NCBI GenBank assembly: GCA_000320545.1
Contig: ADNK01000940.1
Location: 1-39,724, forward strand
Length of the DNA: 39,724 bases
From: Bigelowiella natans CCMP2755
Taxonomy: Eukaryota > Protista > Cercozoa
Direction of reading: 5' to 3'
Shown here: positions 39,160 through 39,724 of the stretch, one piece after another
Layout: each line of letters starts with the position of its first letter
Position numbering within the stretch: the stretch's first letter is position 1
Translations under genes and position numbers: made by a program
The notes under the pieces: generated by a model
Seen by the model: only the letters and a program-made list of their open reading frames with translations
Databases searched by the model: none
What the model was told of the DNA's origin: nothing

Positions 39160-39724
39160 AACTACTACCGAAGCCTCCACGGCGAGAGTCACGGAACGTG
39201 CAATCCACAAGGGAGAAGTCAACTGCTGGTGATACCCGGTGAAGGCTGAAGCCAATGTCACCATCATCATCATCATCATCATCACCACCACCACCACCAA
39301 TAACGAGAATAGTCATGACTAATAACAATAGCAGCAATTGATAGTAATCCCGAAAGAACAACATATAGTTGCGAATATTGGTGCAGTTGTTGCATCTGCA
39401 GATCACACTCCCCCTCCTCCATATCTGCTGTAAAGCACTATTATATTCAACCACTCACCCTGGCCCTGCGAGCATCTCCGCGTGTGGATATTGGTCTTGG
39501 ATCATCTCTAGAATGCGGGGGGGAAAGTAGCAGATACGAAGATGTTTTGGAGGGATGATGACGACGATGGTGCTAATGATACTGGAGACGCCTGGTCCTT
39601 ATCCTCCTTTTCCCCCTCCTCACCCCCCCCCTCGATTCGCCTCCTTGTTGGGATGCGCGCTGCTCTTTTTGGCCCTGCTGCCTGCTTTCTTCGAGAAGGT
39701 CCTCAGGAGCTTTGCAGTTGGGAA
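35802..39724 (-). CDS. DEAD-box RNA helicase of the plastid RH50 type; 5' part lies outside the window
   Basis: QNIFVSATFP (motif III), YPHAEMLAGPG|LHRVSPAVDFSLVDC, ILAFHGAI, VMITSGRASKGFDF..VDHV|VLFDWPRDNIEIVRRIGRTGRA|GRRGRVTILARGPQ|VSVAKRMI. This parallels plant RH50 (DRASRGIDF..VDHVVLFDFPRD...YVRRVGRTAR). An acidic tail ends at SDEEDDGK* (35802). Confidence 0.85.

Noticed and set aside
450-39454. Many short ORFs with YIYI, ERER, HTHT, VCVC, poly-D/H/M runs
   Set aside because: They are translations of intronic microsatellites.
1-39724. CRISPR arrays, tRNA/rRNA genes, prokaryotic operons or viral inserts
   Set aside because: None were recognisable by eye; the genes are spliceosomal-intron eukaryotic genes.

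Overview
Eukaryotic nuclear DNA that is gene-dense and very intron-rich, with microsatellites in most introns. It is most likely from a chlorarachniophyte-like alga with a secondary plastid; this is an inference from bipartite signal+transit leaders and a green-lineage RH50-type helicase. Hand splicing gives about 11 genes: a poorly resolved minus-strand gene at the left edge, SURF2 (-), a coiled-coil protein (+), a Cys/His zinc-finger-like ORF (-), an aldo-keto-reductase-fold protein lacking catalytic Tyr/His (+), a J-domain protein (-), a ~27-exon glutathione reductase (+), QCR8 (-), a 7TM protein (-), a claudin-like 4TM protein (+) and a 5'-truncated RH50-like DEAD-box helicase (-). There is also a LINE relic. 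The most striking signal is non-genic. Spacers downstream of gene 3' ends are enriched in CTAG, and some have lost almost all TpA except inside CTAG, while TpG/CpA is in excess and CpG is retained. This suggests a localised, context-specific T:A->C:G hypermutation or DNA-modification process. All counts and gene models were made by hand, so boundaries are approximate where stated.
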